From: a virus
Virus record (IMG/VR): IMGVR_UViG_3300045988_051028
DNA: 16,260 nucleotides
Direction: 5' to 3' (one strand)
The notes beneath the pieces are model-generated. The model was not told the origin of the DNA. It worked only from the letters and a program-made list of their open reading frames with translations, and did not search any database. Numbering within the stretch: position 1 is the first letter of the stretch; the number at the start of each line of letters is the position of its first letter. Shown here piece after piece: positions 5,098-14,306 of this stretch. Position numbers and translations under genes: made by a program.

Positions 5098-6536
5098 TGG
5101 CACGCCGTTTTTATGGGAAGATTCGCAACGCGGATAATGTGAATATCCTGAACGCTATCCGCAATGATGCTTCTCTGGATTACCACAAGCGTATTCCGGC
5201 CGCGTCAAAGGGTAATGTGGCGGACGTTGCGGATGCTATTTTCAGTTTCCGCCCGCACAAGAACGAGTTTATTGAGTCTCTGATTAACCGTATCGGACTC
5301 GTGTACGCACGTAACGCGATCTGGTATAACCCTCTTGCCGAGTTCAAGCGTGGCACTCTTGAGTTCGGTGACACCATCGAGGAGATTCAGACCGGTATCG
5401 TCAAGGCGAACCACTACAACCATAACCGGGACTACCTTGAGCGGGATATCTTCGGACGTGCGGACATTGACGTGGCTACCGCTTTTCACACCGTGGACCG
5501 CGAGGATTTCTACAAGATCACGATTGACGACAACACTCTGCGTCGCGCTTTCCTTGACCCTTCTGGTCTTGACCAGTTGACTCAGCAGATCATGTCCGCA
5601 CCTACTACGTCGGACAACTGGGACGAGTACTTGATGACCACGGCCCTTTTCCGGGTTATGGACAATAAGTACCCGATGTTCAACGTGAACGTTCCTGACG
5701 TGGCCAAGATGGACTCCACCGAGGATCAGGCCCGTTCTCTGCTGCGCAAGATTCGCGCTACCGCAGGTAACATGCAGTTCCTCTCCACTCGGTTCAACGG
5801 GGCTAAGATGCCCGTCTCGGTGCGTCCTGAGGACCTTGTTCTGTTTGCCACTCCTGAGGTTAAGTCCGGTCTTGACGTGAACGCTCTGGCAGTCCTGTTC
5901 AACGTCTCCTATGCTGATGTTCCCTCTCGTATTGTGGAGATTCGTCAGGAGGACGTGGCGATGAATGGTGTTCAGGCCTTCCTGACCACTAAGGATTTCT
6001 TCGTCATCGCGGATACGTCTCTTGAGACCACCTCGGAGTTCAACCCGATTAGTCGTCAGACGAACTTCTTCCTGCACCACTGGGAGATTATCTCGGCCTC
6101 CCCGTTCGCCCCGATCGTCAAGTTCTCTACCGCTCCCGATACGGCGCGCGAGACGATTGAGATTGCCGCTAACGTGGCTATTGATCGTATCCAGTTCGTG
6201 GTTGACGGTAACGAGGCTGACGTGCGTAACGTCGACAAGACGTCGGCCCGAATGGTCAAGGGTGGTACGGCTCAACTCGAAGCGGTCCTGACCGGGCTCA
6301 AGGCTGGTCAGGAGGACATCGAGTTCACTGAGCAGTGGTCGATTGAGGGGAACAAGGACACGGGTACGACCATCGATAACGACGGTCTTATCTACATGGC
6401 CCCGAACGAGTCTTCTCAGTTGGTCGTGGTCCGTGTTAAGGTGTCATGGATCGACCCGGCCACTGGCAAGTATGTCGTCAAGACTGCACAGTTGAGTGTG
6501 GGTCCGAAGGATAATGTGGCTGGCCTGAATGGCTGA
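5097..6536 (+). CDS. Major capsid protein (phi29 gp8-like) with a C-terminal Ig-like (Big_2-type) domain
   Basis: The N-terminal segments ILNAIRN, NVADVADAI, FIESLINRIGLVYARN, NPLAEFKRG and GDTIEEIQTGI parallel my recollection of phi29 gp8 (IVNAIRN, NVAEV, FITSLVDRIGLV, NPLKKFKKG, TIEEIYTDI). The C-terminal ~128 aa (nt ~6150-6533) is a beta-rich Ig-like module (GGTAQLEAVL...WSIEGN...IDNDGLIYM). A strong terminator follows. Confidence 0.9.
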   Translation: MARRFYGKIRNADNVNILNAIRNDASLDYHKRIPAASKGNVADVADAIFSFRPHKNEFIESLINRIGLVYARNAIWYNPLAEFKRGTLEFGDTIEEIQTGIVKANHYNHNRDYLERDIFGRADIDVATAFHTVDREDFYKITIDDNTLRRAFLDPSGLDQLTQQIMSAPTTSDNWDEYLMTTALFRVMDNKYPMFNVNVPDVAKMDSTEDQARSLLRKIRATAGNMQFLSTRFNGAKMPVSVRPEDLVLFATPEVKSGLDVNALAVLFNVSYADVPSRIVEIRQEDVAMNGVQAFLTTKDFFVIADTSLETTSEFNPISRQTNFFLHHWEIISASPFAPIVKFSTAPDTARETIEIAANVAIDRIQFVVDGNEADVRNVDKTSARMVKGGTAQLEAVLTGLKAGQEDIEFTEQWSIEGNKDTGTTIDNDGLIYMAPNESSQLVVVRVKVSWIDPATGKYVVKTAQLSVGPKDNVAGLNG

Positions 6537-6549
6537 CGCCTCCCCTATA

Positions 6550-6589
6550 CTGATGGGCACCACCTGCACGGGTGGTGCCCATCAGTTTT
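6550..6589 (+). terminator. Intrinsic terminator after the capsid gene
   Basis: Perfect 15-bp stem ctgatgggcaccacc (6550-6564) / ggtggtgcccatcag (6571-6585), a 6-nt loop, then TTTT (6586-6589). Confidence 0.8.
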
Positions 6590-6598
6590 GGAGGAGAT

Positions 6599-8893
6599 AT
6601 GCCTACGATTAATTCACTGCCGAACGGTGCTTCGTTTGGCACTCAGTTCGATTACTCGGTGTGGGGGCCGGGTACTGAGGTCACGCTGTGTAATGTGCCG
6701 TGGGACTCTATGTACCGTGATGTGTACTGGTTCGATAGCCCGGAGAGGACTATTAAGTACATCCGTTCGTTCGATGAGACACGCAATCTTCCTACGGTCA
6801 CTATTAAGAACCTGACTTATTGTGCTCAGGGTGTGCCGGTGCGCATTAATCTCCCGTTCAGTGAGGCGAACACGTTCAATTACCTCATTGTTCAGAACAG
6901 CGCATTTCCGATCTCTCAGAAGAACCGGGCCACCACGTTCTTCTACTTCATCCAGTCAGTCGACTACATCGCACCGGAGACCACGCAACTCACTATCTCG
7001 CTCGATGTCTGGCAGACGTATCACTCGCTGGTCAAGTTCGGTTCGGCGTTCATCGAGCGGTCACATTGCCTTGAGTACAGGGAGAAGGAGATTATCAAGG
7101 CTGGAAATGGTGATGCAGGGTCAATCTTCTCCCGGATGTGGCTGAAGCAGCCTGAGTCATTCTCTCTTGGTGAGCGGCATACTATTTACCGGAGTTGGTT
7201 CGGTAATATCAACAGCGAGAAGGTTAATAGTTTCAGCGAGCAGTTCGACTTTATTGCAGTAATTATTTCCACGGTGAACCTTAACACAAACTTTGGAAAT
7301 AAGAACGACCCGTACATGCAGACCGCTACAGGGTCTAATGTCACTACTTCTGTTCCTCACCTGGAAACGCGGAATCAGGTTCTGTCTGTAAACAACGTGT
7401 CCGGTGCCACGTACTACATGTGCGACATTAAGGACTTGCCCGCAATCATGAAGGAACTGAGCGACGCGCCGTGGGCATCTCAGGGAATTCTTGATATCTA
7501 CTACATCCCTAAGCGGCTTGTTATCGGGAACCAGATGTCTGGAAAGTTAAGTGACCACGGGTTGAAGTTGATTACTGGAACATATGCAAGAAAGAGTGTT
7601 GAAGTCGCCTATAACTTCATGCCGGATAAACTTCCTGAGTTCCTCAAGGCAAACGGTAATACCGTTACGGGGAGGAACCTTAAGAGGCTCAAGCGGTTCC
7701 TTAAGTTCTACACGTCTCCTTACATGTACCTAGAGGTGTCTTTCAATAACGGGCAGACACTTACTCTGGCGCCTGAACTGCTAAATAACTGGAACTCGGT
7801 TAAGGTCAGTATGGAGTGTCACGTCCTCCCTCCGTCTCCGAGAATTGTCGGTTACGTGGCTGGCTACAATACCGACAAGCACGGCTCAACGTGGAAGACC
7901 GATACTGAGTACGTGAACGAGGCTGCTGTCATTGACAACTTCCCACATCTTCCTGTGGTCAATGACCAGTCAATGATCTGGTACGCGTCTCATGCTCACT
8001 CGATTGCTCAGAACCGTAGTGCAGCGTCGTGGGGTATGGACAAGTCCATGAGGGCGGCAGAGACGTCATTCGACGCCACGATGCGCGGTATTCGTACCGG
8101 TAACGCGATCATGAACAATAATCTGGGTGCTCAGAACTTGAACACCGCTCTAGCCAATACCGCTCAGATGGCCCATCAGCAGGTGAATAGCGCTAACCGT
8201 GCTATCAGTGGTATTGGTGGAGCCGTTGGCACTGCGTTCAGCAATCCTCTTGGTGCTATCGGTCAGTTGGGTGGGTACGTTCAGGGGCAGGTCACGTCTG
8301 ACATTTCCACGTCGATTGACATTAACGCCCGCAATATGGGGAACGTGATTTCCCAGAACCTTACTCGCGCTAACCAGAGTGAGCAGAACGCACTAACCGG
8401 TACTAACGCGGCCGCTAACCGTGACCTTGCCAACTGGGCGGCTCAGGGGGATTATCAGCAGCAGATTGCGTCCATTAACGCTGCTGTTAAGGATTCTCAG
8501 ATCACTCCCCCGTCCGTGTCTGGTGCTCAGGGCGGCGATGCTTTCAACTGGATTATGAATGGTGCCGTTATCTTCTGCAAACTCAAGATGGTTAGTACTG
8601 ACGTCATTCGTCGTCAGGGCCAGTTCTGGGAGCGGTACGGGTACGCGTGTGATTTCTTCCTGTCCAACCTTCCCGATAAGCTCCGAGTTATGGACCGCTT
8701 CTCCTACTGGAAGTGCAAGGACGTTCGCATCTACTCCTCCGCCTGTCCTCAGACCTATGTGGACACGCTTCGTGGCATACTGGAAAAGGGTGTGACGGTA
8801 TGGCACTCGCCGATGTACAGAGAAGAGAAGTTCGGTGACGTCTCCCTTGACAACGCCCCTATCAACTGGGAACCAGAAGGAGGATTCCTGTGA
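6599..8893 (+). CDS. Tail knob / distal tail tube protein (phi29 gp9-like), 764 aa
   Basis: SD GGAGGAG precedes ATG 6599; the tracked 6572 start has no SD. FNYLIVQNSAF...FFYFIQSVDYIAPETTQLTISLDVWQTY, FIERSH, YTSPYMYLEVS and the C-terminus (ITPPSVSG...GGDAFNW...FWERYGYACD...GVTVWHSP) parallel the phi29 gp9 segments I recall. Confidence 0.85.
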   Translation: MPTINSLPNGASFGTQFDYSVWGPGTEVTLCNVPWDSMYRDVYWFDSPERTIKYIRSFDETRNLPTVTIKNLTYCAQGVPVRINLPFSEANTFNYLIVQNSAFPISQKNRATTFFYFIQSVDYIAPETTQLTISLDVWQTYHSLVKFGSAFIERSHCLEYREKEIIKAGNGDAGSIFSRMWLKQPESFSLGERHTIYRSWFGNINSEKVNSFSEQFDFIAVIISTVNLNTNFGNKNDPYMQTATGSNVTTSVPHLETRNQVLSVNNVSGATYYMCDIKDLPAIMKELSDAPWASQGILDIYYIPKRLVIGNQMSGKLSDHGLKLITGTYARKSVEVAYNFMPDKLPEFLKANGNTVTGRNLKRLKRFLKFYTSPYMYLEVSFNNGQTLTLAPELLNNWNSVKVSMECHVLPPSPRIVGYVAGYNTDKHGSTWKTDTEYVNEAAVIDNFPHLPVVNDQSMIWYASHAHSIAQNRSAASWGMDKSMRAAETSFDATMRGIRTGNAIMNNNLGAQNLNTALANTAQMAHQQVNSANRAISGIGGAVGTAFSNPLGAIGQLGGYVQGQVTSDISTSIDINARNMGNVISQNLTRANQSEQNALTGTNAAANRDLANWAAQGDYQQQIASINAAVKDSQITPPSVSGAQGGDAFNWIMNGAVIFCKLKMVSTDVIRRQGQFWERYGYACDFFLSNLPDKLRVMDRFSYWKCKDVRIYSSACPQTYVDTLRGILEKGVTVWHSPMYREEKFGDVSLDNAPINWEPEGGFL

Positions 8894-9870
8894 GTAAACC
8901 TGATTTTGTTGGAGAGTCGATCTACGCGCCGTTCCTGCGTGAGATGACGGTGGAGCCGGGGAAGATGCGTCGTGAGGTGCTGACCCGGATGTACGCGCGC
9001 GTCCTGTCCGAGATGTGCATGAACCGGTATCACTGGACCGGTCTTCCCGAGGAGATTGACCCGAGGTTCCTTGAGATGACGCTGTTCTCGCAAGGGCTTA
9101 GCGTGTTCTTCTGGGATGAGGAGTTCAACCGGTATTTCGCGTTGCGCGGCGCTGGCTTCGGTACGCCGAATATGTACAACAACCCGACTGAGTTCATCGT
9201 GTACGGGAACACGATGGTCAATAAGACCATGAAGGGTGACGCGTGTGTCCCGATCTGGAACAACTATCTGCGAACTGGTGACACGGATATCGTGAGCGTG
9301 TATGCGCGCCGTCTGTCCGAGATTGACACCACGACAGAGGTTGACCTCATCCATATGCGCGTACCGGTCCTGCTGACGGCTGACACGAACGAGCGCAAGT
9401 CCGTCATGGATGCGTACAAGCAGTTGGCAGAGGGAAATCCGATGATCGCTGAGGTGTCATCGGCTACCGGGCTGGGGACGTTGCAGGACAAGATCGGGTC
9501 GATCTCCACGGGTATCGATAAGGACTATCTGCCTCACGTCATGGAAGCAAAGGTCAAGACCTGGAACGAGGCGCTGACCCTGCTCGGAATCATGAATGTT
9601 AATTCCTCAAAGAAGGAGAGGATGGTCGTTGAGGAGGCGTCCGGTTCCTCGGGTCAGGTTCTAGCCATGCGCGCTGTGAACCTACAGGCCCGCAAGTATG
9701 CGTGCGAGTGGATCAACGCCAAGTATGGGCTTGACGTTGACGTGACGTGGAACCTTGACGATTCGGCTGGTACTACGGACATGCAGGCGCTTAACCCGAT
9801 GACTGAGATGGACCCGTTGGCGTCTAACGAGTCCACTAATTCCACCGATCTGGGAGGTCCTAATGAGTAA
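8890..9870 (+). CDS. Portal / head-tail connector protein (phi29 gp10-like)
   Basis: GTG start with a GTGA overlap onto the upstream stop, and a strong SD GAAGGAGGA (8876-8884). YHWTGLPEEIDPRFLEMTLFSQG and SSKKERMVVEEASG match the phi29 connector segments I recall ([36 protein letters not shown]). Confidence 0.9.
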   Translation: MSKPDFVGESIYAPFLREMTVEPGKMRREVLTRMYARVLSEMCMNRYHWTGLPEEIDPRFLEMTLFSQGLSVFFWDEEFNRYFALRGAGFGTPNMYNNPTEFIVYGNTMVNKTMKGDACVPIWNNYLRTGDTDIVSVYARRLSEIDTTTEVDLIHMRVPVLLTADTNERKSVMDAYKQLAEGNPMIAEVSSATGLGTLQDKIGSISTGIDKDYLPHVMEAKVKTWNEALTLLGIMNVNSSKKERMVVEEASGSSGQVLAMRAVNLQARKYACEWINAKYGLDVDVTWNLDDSAGTTDMQALNPMTEMDPLASNESTNSTDLGGPNE

Positions 9871-10540
9871 CTACACAACCGAATTGAGAAAGATTAGTGA
9901 GCGTCTAATCGATGACGCGTTATCCCACTACCCCATTTTCTCAGAGGAATACCGCAAACCGCTGAACACTAAGATCAAGCAACACTTCTGGTTCAACGAG
10001 ATCGGGCACGAGACCATCGATATCTTCCTCTTTCAGTTGAAGGTGAAGATGAATGAGATCATGCCCTACTACAACCAGATGTACGAGGCCGAACTCGTCA
10101 AGCGAGACCCGTTCCTCACCCTGCGGATGACGTCGAAGAACACCAGCACGGGTACCACCAGCGCCACAACGGAGTCCAGCGAGCACGGGTCCTCCACCTC
10201 CTCCACGGACGCGAAGTCCCGTGCCGTCCAGTCCGAGACGCCTCAGGTGATGCTCTCAGGCAACGGTGACTATGCCACCGGCGCTGCAGACTCAACGTCT
10301 CTGACGGGCGTCAAGTCGTCGTCGGACGGTACGGGCTCTCAGCGCTCTACGTCGTCGAGTGACGGTAGCGGCACGGGGACTCAGGAGGGTTTCTCAGGGT
10401 CTATGGCGTCTCTTATTCAGGCGCATCGCGACGCGATCGTTAATATCGATATGATGGTGATTGCCCAACTTGAGCCCCTGTTTATGCTTGTTTGGACGCC
10501 GCCAACTGACATGATTGGAGATACCTACTATGGCTACTGA
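9863..10540 (+). CDS. Lower collar / tail tube adaptor protein (phi29 gp11-like)
   Basis: SD GGGAGG lies 5 nt before ATG 9863. The N-terminal pattern (YPIFSEEYRKPLNTKIKQHFWFNEIGHETIDIFLFQLKVKMNEIMPYYNQMYE) is typical of picovirus lower collar proteins. The gene follows the portal gene. Residues ~89-180 form an S/T/G-rich central region. Confidence 0.75.
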   Translation: MSNYTTELRKISERLIDDALSHYPIFSEEYRKPLNTKIKQHFWFNEIGHETIDIFLFQLKVKMNEIMPYYNQMYEAELVKRDPFLTLRMTSKNTSTGTTSATTESSEHGSSTSSTDAKSRAVQSETPQVMLSGNGDYATGAADSTSLTGVKSSSDGTGSQRSTSSSDGSGTGTQEGFSGSMASLIQAHRDAIVNIDMMVIAQLEPLFMLVWTPPTDMIGDTYYGY

Positions 10541-11987
10541 CCCCCGCGTATCCGCTATTGACTCGGCCCTGTACCGCCTTTCACCACCCACGACGCCCTA
10601 TTCCACACCGTTCACCTACAACAACGGTCTGACGGTGCTGGAGATTCTTGAGCGTATCCGGCAGGCCGTCATTGACACCATCACCTACGCCGAAGGGTTC
10701 GGCAAAGAGGTGGAGGGGATGGTCAAGGAGATCAACAAGATCGCCGAACAGTGGGCCAAGGACTCCAAGAAGAAGCTGGATGACTTCGAGTCCTTCCTCA
10801 ACGACTCCCGTCGAAGCACCGATGAGAAGATCGCGGCGATGAACGCTCTCATCGAGTCGTTCAAGGCGCGACTTGTCAACGCACGTTTCGACCGTATCGA
10901 GAACGGCGACTACGTTGACGCTCCCATGATGGACTCATCTCGAATTCAGGTTGTCACCAAACAGCGTGCGGAGAAGATCGACGCCGCAGTGGAGAAGGTT
11001 AAGTCAGATGTTAGGACAATTCTTGCAACCTATTACACGAAAACAGAAGCCGACGAGAAGTTCCTTGAGGACCCGAAACTCACGGAGGGCGTTGTTTTTG
11101 GTTCTTCCAACGCGACTATTGAAGCGTCCCGCTGGACCGAGCAACTGTGCCGGGATATGGGTGTCAACCCGAATGTGTTCGCAATTGGTGGCGGCGGTTT
11201 TACTTCCACACCTGACAACAACTTCATTACTCAGGTGAATAACGCCCGGTCCCGGATGAGTGACGATAAGAAGCGTGCCACCAAATATGTGTTCCTTATT
11301 GACATGCTGAACGACATTCGTGCTCAGAACTCCGTCACCGAACAGGCGGGAACGTTCTTCTCGCTGGTTCGACAGTACTTCCCGAATGCAACCATCTACG
11401 TCCTGCCAGTCACCTATAACGAGGCGTCGTTGAACGAGTACGTTCAGATGGCCAGGTCCTGTGTGTCCCGTACCTATGAGGTGATTAACGCGGGCAAGGC
11501 GTATGGGGCCATTGTCTGTGAGGGTTCCAGGTCCTGGCTGCATTTCGGTAAAGAACAGGCTAAGTCGTGGGACCAGGGTGCGGACAACGTTCACATGACG
11601 GACGCGGGCTACCGGCATGTACGCCAGTTGTTCGTGAACTGGATTCACGGTGGACCATCGTTCCTGAATCCTCCGTCTTATGACCTGCATCCACTTTCGG
11701 CAAGTACGGTGGCACGGGACTATAACTACCTGAACTGTGAGCGTCACGGTGATTTCGTGAACATTCAGGGCACGTTCAGAGTTGCAGGCACCGATGTGGG
11801 CTATGACGCTAAACTCATGGACCTGCCTGGTTGGGCGCGGCCTTATGACGGAATGATGTCACCGATTATTGGCAACGACCGTACCTACAAGTACGTGTAT
11901 GTGGCCAAGACTGGTGGGATGCATGCGGGTGATATTCTCAAGGCTAACCAGACATATCAGGTGAATATGACCTACCGCATTTTCTAA
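10530..11987 (+). CDS. Tail appendage / fibre protein with a central SGNH (GDSL-type) esterase domain
   Basis: GGAGA lies 8 nt before ATG 10530; ATG 10515 has no SD. The gene is in the phi29 gene 12 position. The N-terminal ~185 aa are coiled-coil and include the fibre-typical YYTKTEADEKF. The SGNH blocks are FGSSN (block I), AIGGGGF (II), MLND (III) and DNVHMTDAGY (V, DxxH). A C-terminal ~105-aa beta-rich domain follows. Confidence 0.7.
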   Translation: MATDPRVSAIDSALYRLSPPTTPYSTPFTYNNGLTVLEILERIRQAVIDTITYAEGFGKEVEGMVKEINKIAEQWAKDSKKKLDDFESFLNDSRRSTDEKIAAMNALIESFKARLVNARFDRIENGDYVDAPMMDSSRIQVVTKQRAEKIDAAVEKVKSDVRTILATYYTKTEADEKFLEDPKLTEGVVFGSSNATIEASRWTEQLCRDMGVNPNVFAIGGGGFTSTPDNNFITQVNNARSRMSDDKKRATKYVFLIDMLNDIRAQNSVTEQAGTFFSLVRQYFPNATIYVLPVTYNEASLNEYVQMARSCVSRTYEVINAGKAYGAIVCEGSRSWLHFGKEQAKSWDQGADNVHMTDAGYRHVRQLFVNWIHGGPSFLNPPSYDLHPLSASTVARDYNYLNCERHGDFVNIQGTFRVAGTDVGYDAKLMDLPGWARPYDGMMSPIIGNDRTYKYVYVAKTGGMHAGDILKANQTYQVNMTYRIF

Positions 11988-11997
11988 GGGGGAACAA

Positions 11998-13299
11998 ATG
12001 GCGTGGGATGAGACGTCGAAGAAAGTGGCGATCAAGGCGATCGGAACAGTTGAATCGAGTATGAAATACGACTCAATCAACTACAACGACCCGATCACTG
12101 TAGGAATTGCGCAGTGGTACGGGCCACGGGCGGCCGACATCATCAAGAAGATGGGTGCCGCCCATGCCACCGAGTTCGCCGGTGTTGCAGCCTCTCTTCG
12201 GAGCGACCTCTCATCCCACGGCAACGACGACTGGTGGACCAACCGATGGCTCTCGCGCGCAGAGGGGGACTCCCTCATACCTCTTCTGCGCGCGGGGGCC
12301 AAGGAGCAGGATACTCAGTTGGTGGCCGACCTTGAGGGGTACTTCCAGGCGGCCCGCAATCTGGGGATTGACCCGAACACTAATACCGATTCGTTCATTC
12401 TCTGGTGCGTCGCCTACCACCAGGGGCCGAGGTACGCCATTAGGGTTGCGAACAATGTTGGAGGTAACGCGTCACTAGAAGCGTTTCACCACGGTTTCCT
12501 TAATGACGGTGTTCTCGGCAAGTACCCGAACAGGTACAACCAGGCGTACCAGATCATCAAGAACAAGGACACCTCCGGTGTCTCCACGCCCGGCGCCGCA
12601 ACACCCTCCCGTCCCGGAAACGGTGGCAGCGGGGGAGCGACTAACGGCGGCTCCAACGCTGGCAGCGTCAAGAACGCGTGGTCCGACGGCTCAGGCATGC
12701 TCCATATCGCCACAAGTTCCGGGACGGTAACCGCTTTCCCCACGGGGAACTCACGCCGCTGGATTATGTCTGGTAACACCGTCAGCAACGGGGGCAGCCC
12801 GGCCACTCCCGGTAACGCCGGGGGAGGGGCAGGTGCTCCCCCACCTGCTGGTGGGGGAGGGGACGCTGCGTCTAAGCGCTGGGCCGTGTACAAATGGATG
12901 TATGACAGACAGATGAAGTTCGCCTATCTACAGGCGCCGGGACGCCTTAACCCCGACCAGTCCGGTTTCGGCGACTGTTCCAGCACCATTTACCGGGCCT
13001 ACATGGACACGGTTGGGATCAACGTCGGCACGTGGACCGGTGACCAGTACAATCGTGGCACAGAGGTTGTCAGAGGTTACGGCCACCCTACTCCTGCGCA
13101 GATTGCGCAAATGACTACGGCAGACATGATTGTCATGAGTTGGGGCGGCGGGTACCCGCATACAGACCACGTGGAAATGTATACAGGCGACGGCTCTCAC
13201 ACTATTGGTCACGGTGGGCCTAGACCCGGTCCGCACATTAACTCAATCTTTATGCTTGACGACGCCGCGTGGTGGACTGTCAGGCGTCATATCATGTAG
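11998..13299 (+). CDS. Tail-associated peptidoglycan hydrolase: N-terminal lytic-transglycosylase/lysozyme-like domain plus C-terminal NlpC/P60 endopeptidase
   Basis: SD AAGGGGGA precedes ATG 11998. The gene is in the phi29 gene 13 position. The N-terminal domain has SLT-like motifs: VES (residues 18-20), VGIAQW and VAYHQGP. Two Gly/Pro-rich linkers flank a ~40-aa module. The C-terminal domain has GFGDCSSTIYRAY (Cys nucleophile), DHVEMY and IGHGG (His). Confidence 0.75.
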   Translation: MAWDETSKKVAIKAIGTVESSMKYDSINYNDPITVGIAQWYGPRAADIIKKMGAAHATEFAGVAASLRSDLSSHGNDDWWTNRWLSRAEGDSLIPLLRAGAKEQDTQLVADLEGYFQAARNLGIDPNTNTDSFILWCVAYHQGPRYAIRVANNVGGNASLEAFHHGFLNDGVLGKYPNRYNQAYQIIKNKDTSGVSTPGAATPSRPGNGGSGGATNGGSNAGSVKNAWSDGSGMLHIATSSGTVTAFPTGNSRRWIMSGNTVSNGGSPATPGNAGGGAGAPPPAGGGGDAASKRWAVYKWMYDRQMKFAYLQAPGRLNPDQSGFGDCSSTIYRAYMDTVGINVGTWTGDQYNRGTEVVRGYGHPTPAQIAQMTTADMIVMSWGGGYPHTDHVEMYTGDGSHTIGHGGPRPGPHINSIFMLDDAAWWTVRRHIM

Positions 13300-13307
13300 G
13301 GGATGAA

Positions 13308-14306
13308 ATGGATAACCAGATTACCCACTATTACGATTTCAGTCGTATTAGGTCGTATAACGCGCGATATCTCATGATCGTAGGCAGTCGCGGTACCGGT
13401 AAGACCTACGGCGCGAAGAAGATCGCCATTACCAATGCGATCAAGAAAGGTGAGCAGTTCATCTATCTCCGCCGTCACCGCGTGGAGCAGAAAGGTCGCT
13501 TTACGTTCTTCGACGATATTGCGCACGAGTTCCCAGGGTACGAGTTCGCTGTGCACGGGAACGATGCCGTCATGCGTATGGAGGGGGACAAGAAGTGGAC
13601 AGTCATTGGATATTTCTCCGTGCTCAGTACCTCTCAGGCTCAGAAGTCTACGGCGTACCCGCTGGTGACCACAGTGATCTTCGATGAGTTCATTATCGAA
13701 AACCCGCAGATTAGGTACCTGAATGATGAGGTGCGTGTCTTCAACAACTTCTACCTGACCGTAGACCGGTACAAGGACAAGACGACGGTTTTCATGCTCT
13801 CCAACTCTGCGAGCATTATGAACCCGTACATGCTCAAGTGGGACTTGCGCCCTAACTCAGAGTTCGTCAAGGCCGGTAACGGCTTCATCGTATGCCACTT
13901 CGCGGATGACACTCAGTTCCGTAATGACGTGGCACGCACACGTTTCGGTAAGTTCGTCATGAGTACCGATGAGGAGTATGCGAACTACGCCATTAACAAT
14001 GACTTCAAGGACAATAACTCAGATTTCATTGGTAAGAAATCTGGTAGGGCAGACTATTATTGCACCATTAGGACTAAAAACGGTTGCTTCTCGGTGTGGA
14101 CAGACCTTCCTATGTTCACCATCCAGGAGTACCGACCCAAAAAGGAGATGATGTACTGTATTGACCACAAGGTTATGAAAGAGGGTGACATCTATGTGAA
14201 ACCAAACGACCGCATCATGCAGATGTTACGCAATAGATGGAGGAGAGGACTTATCCTATTCGACTCCCCAAAGTCCCGAAACACTTTCACGGAGATATTC
14301 AAATGA
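13308..14306 (+). CDS. DNA encapsidation (packaging) ATPase, phi29 gp16-like
   Basis: AGGGGA SD precedes ATG 13308. The product is 332 aa. Walker A is GSRGTGKTY and Walker B-like is TVIFDEF. GEQFIYLRRH, STAYPLVTTVIFDEFIIE and MLSNSASIMNPYMLKWDL parallel the phi29 gp16 segments I recall (GEQFIYVRRY, SNAYPNVSTIVFDEFIRE, CLSNAVSVVNPYFLFFNL). Confidence 0.92.
   Translation: MDNQITHYYDFSRIRSYNARYLMIVGSRGTGKTYGAKKIAITNAIKKGEQFIYLRRHRVEQKGRFTFFDDIAHEFPGYEFAVHGNDAVMRMEGDKKWTVIGYFSVLSTSQAQKSTAYPLVTTVIFDEFIIENPQIRYLNDEVRVFNNFYLTVDRYKDKTTVFMLSNSASIMNPYMLKWDLRPNSEFVKAGNGFIVCHFADDTQFRNDVARTRFGKFVMSTDEEYANYAINNDFKDNNSDFIGKKSGRADYYCTIRTKNGCFSVWTDLPMFTIQEYRPKKEMMYCIDHKVMKEGDIYVKPNDRIMQMLRNRWRRGLILFDSPKSRNTFTEIFK

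Noticed and set aside
5205-6275. A 356-aa minus-strand ORF, and similar long antisense ORFs at 4579-5103, 3401-3985, 8755-9354, 11004-11747 and 12486-12893.
   Set aside because: All lie antisense to + strand genes that carry clear family motifs (capsid, polymerase, knob/portal, SGNH appendage, tail lysin). They have no SD and are Arg/Val/His-rich, as expected for the reverse frame of G/T3-biased genes. Open antisense frames are common at this GC content.
10127-10402. S/T/G-rich low-complexity tract in the lower collar gene, considered as a tandem repeat, a hypervariable region or a glycosylation tract.
   Set aside because: I found no nucleotide-level tandem repeat. The region probably corresponds to the extended tube-forming hairpins of gp11-type collar proteins, so it is a protein feature rather than a separate element.
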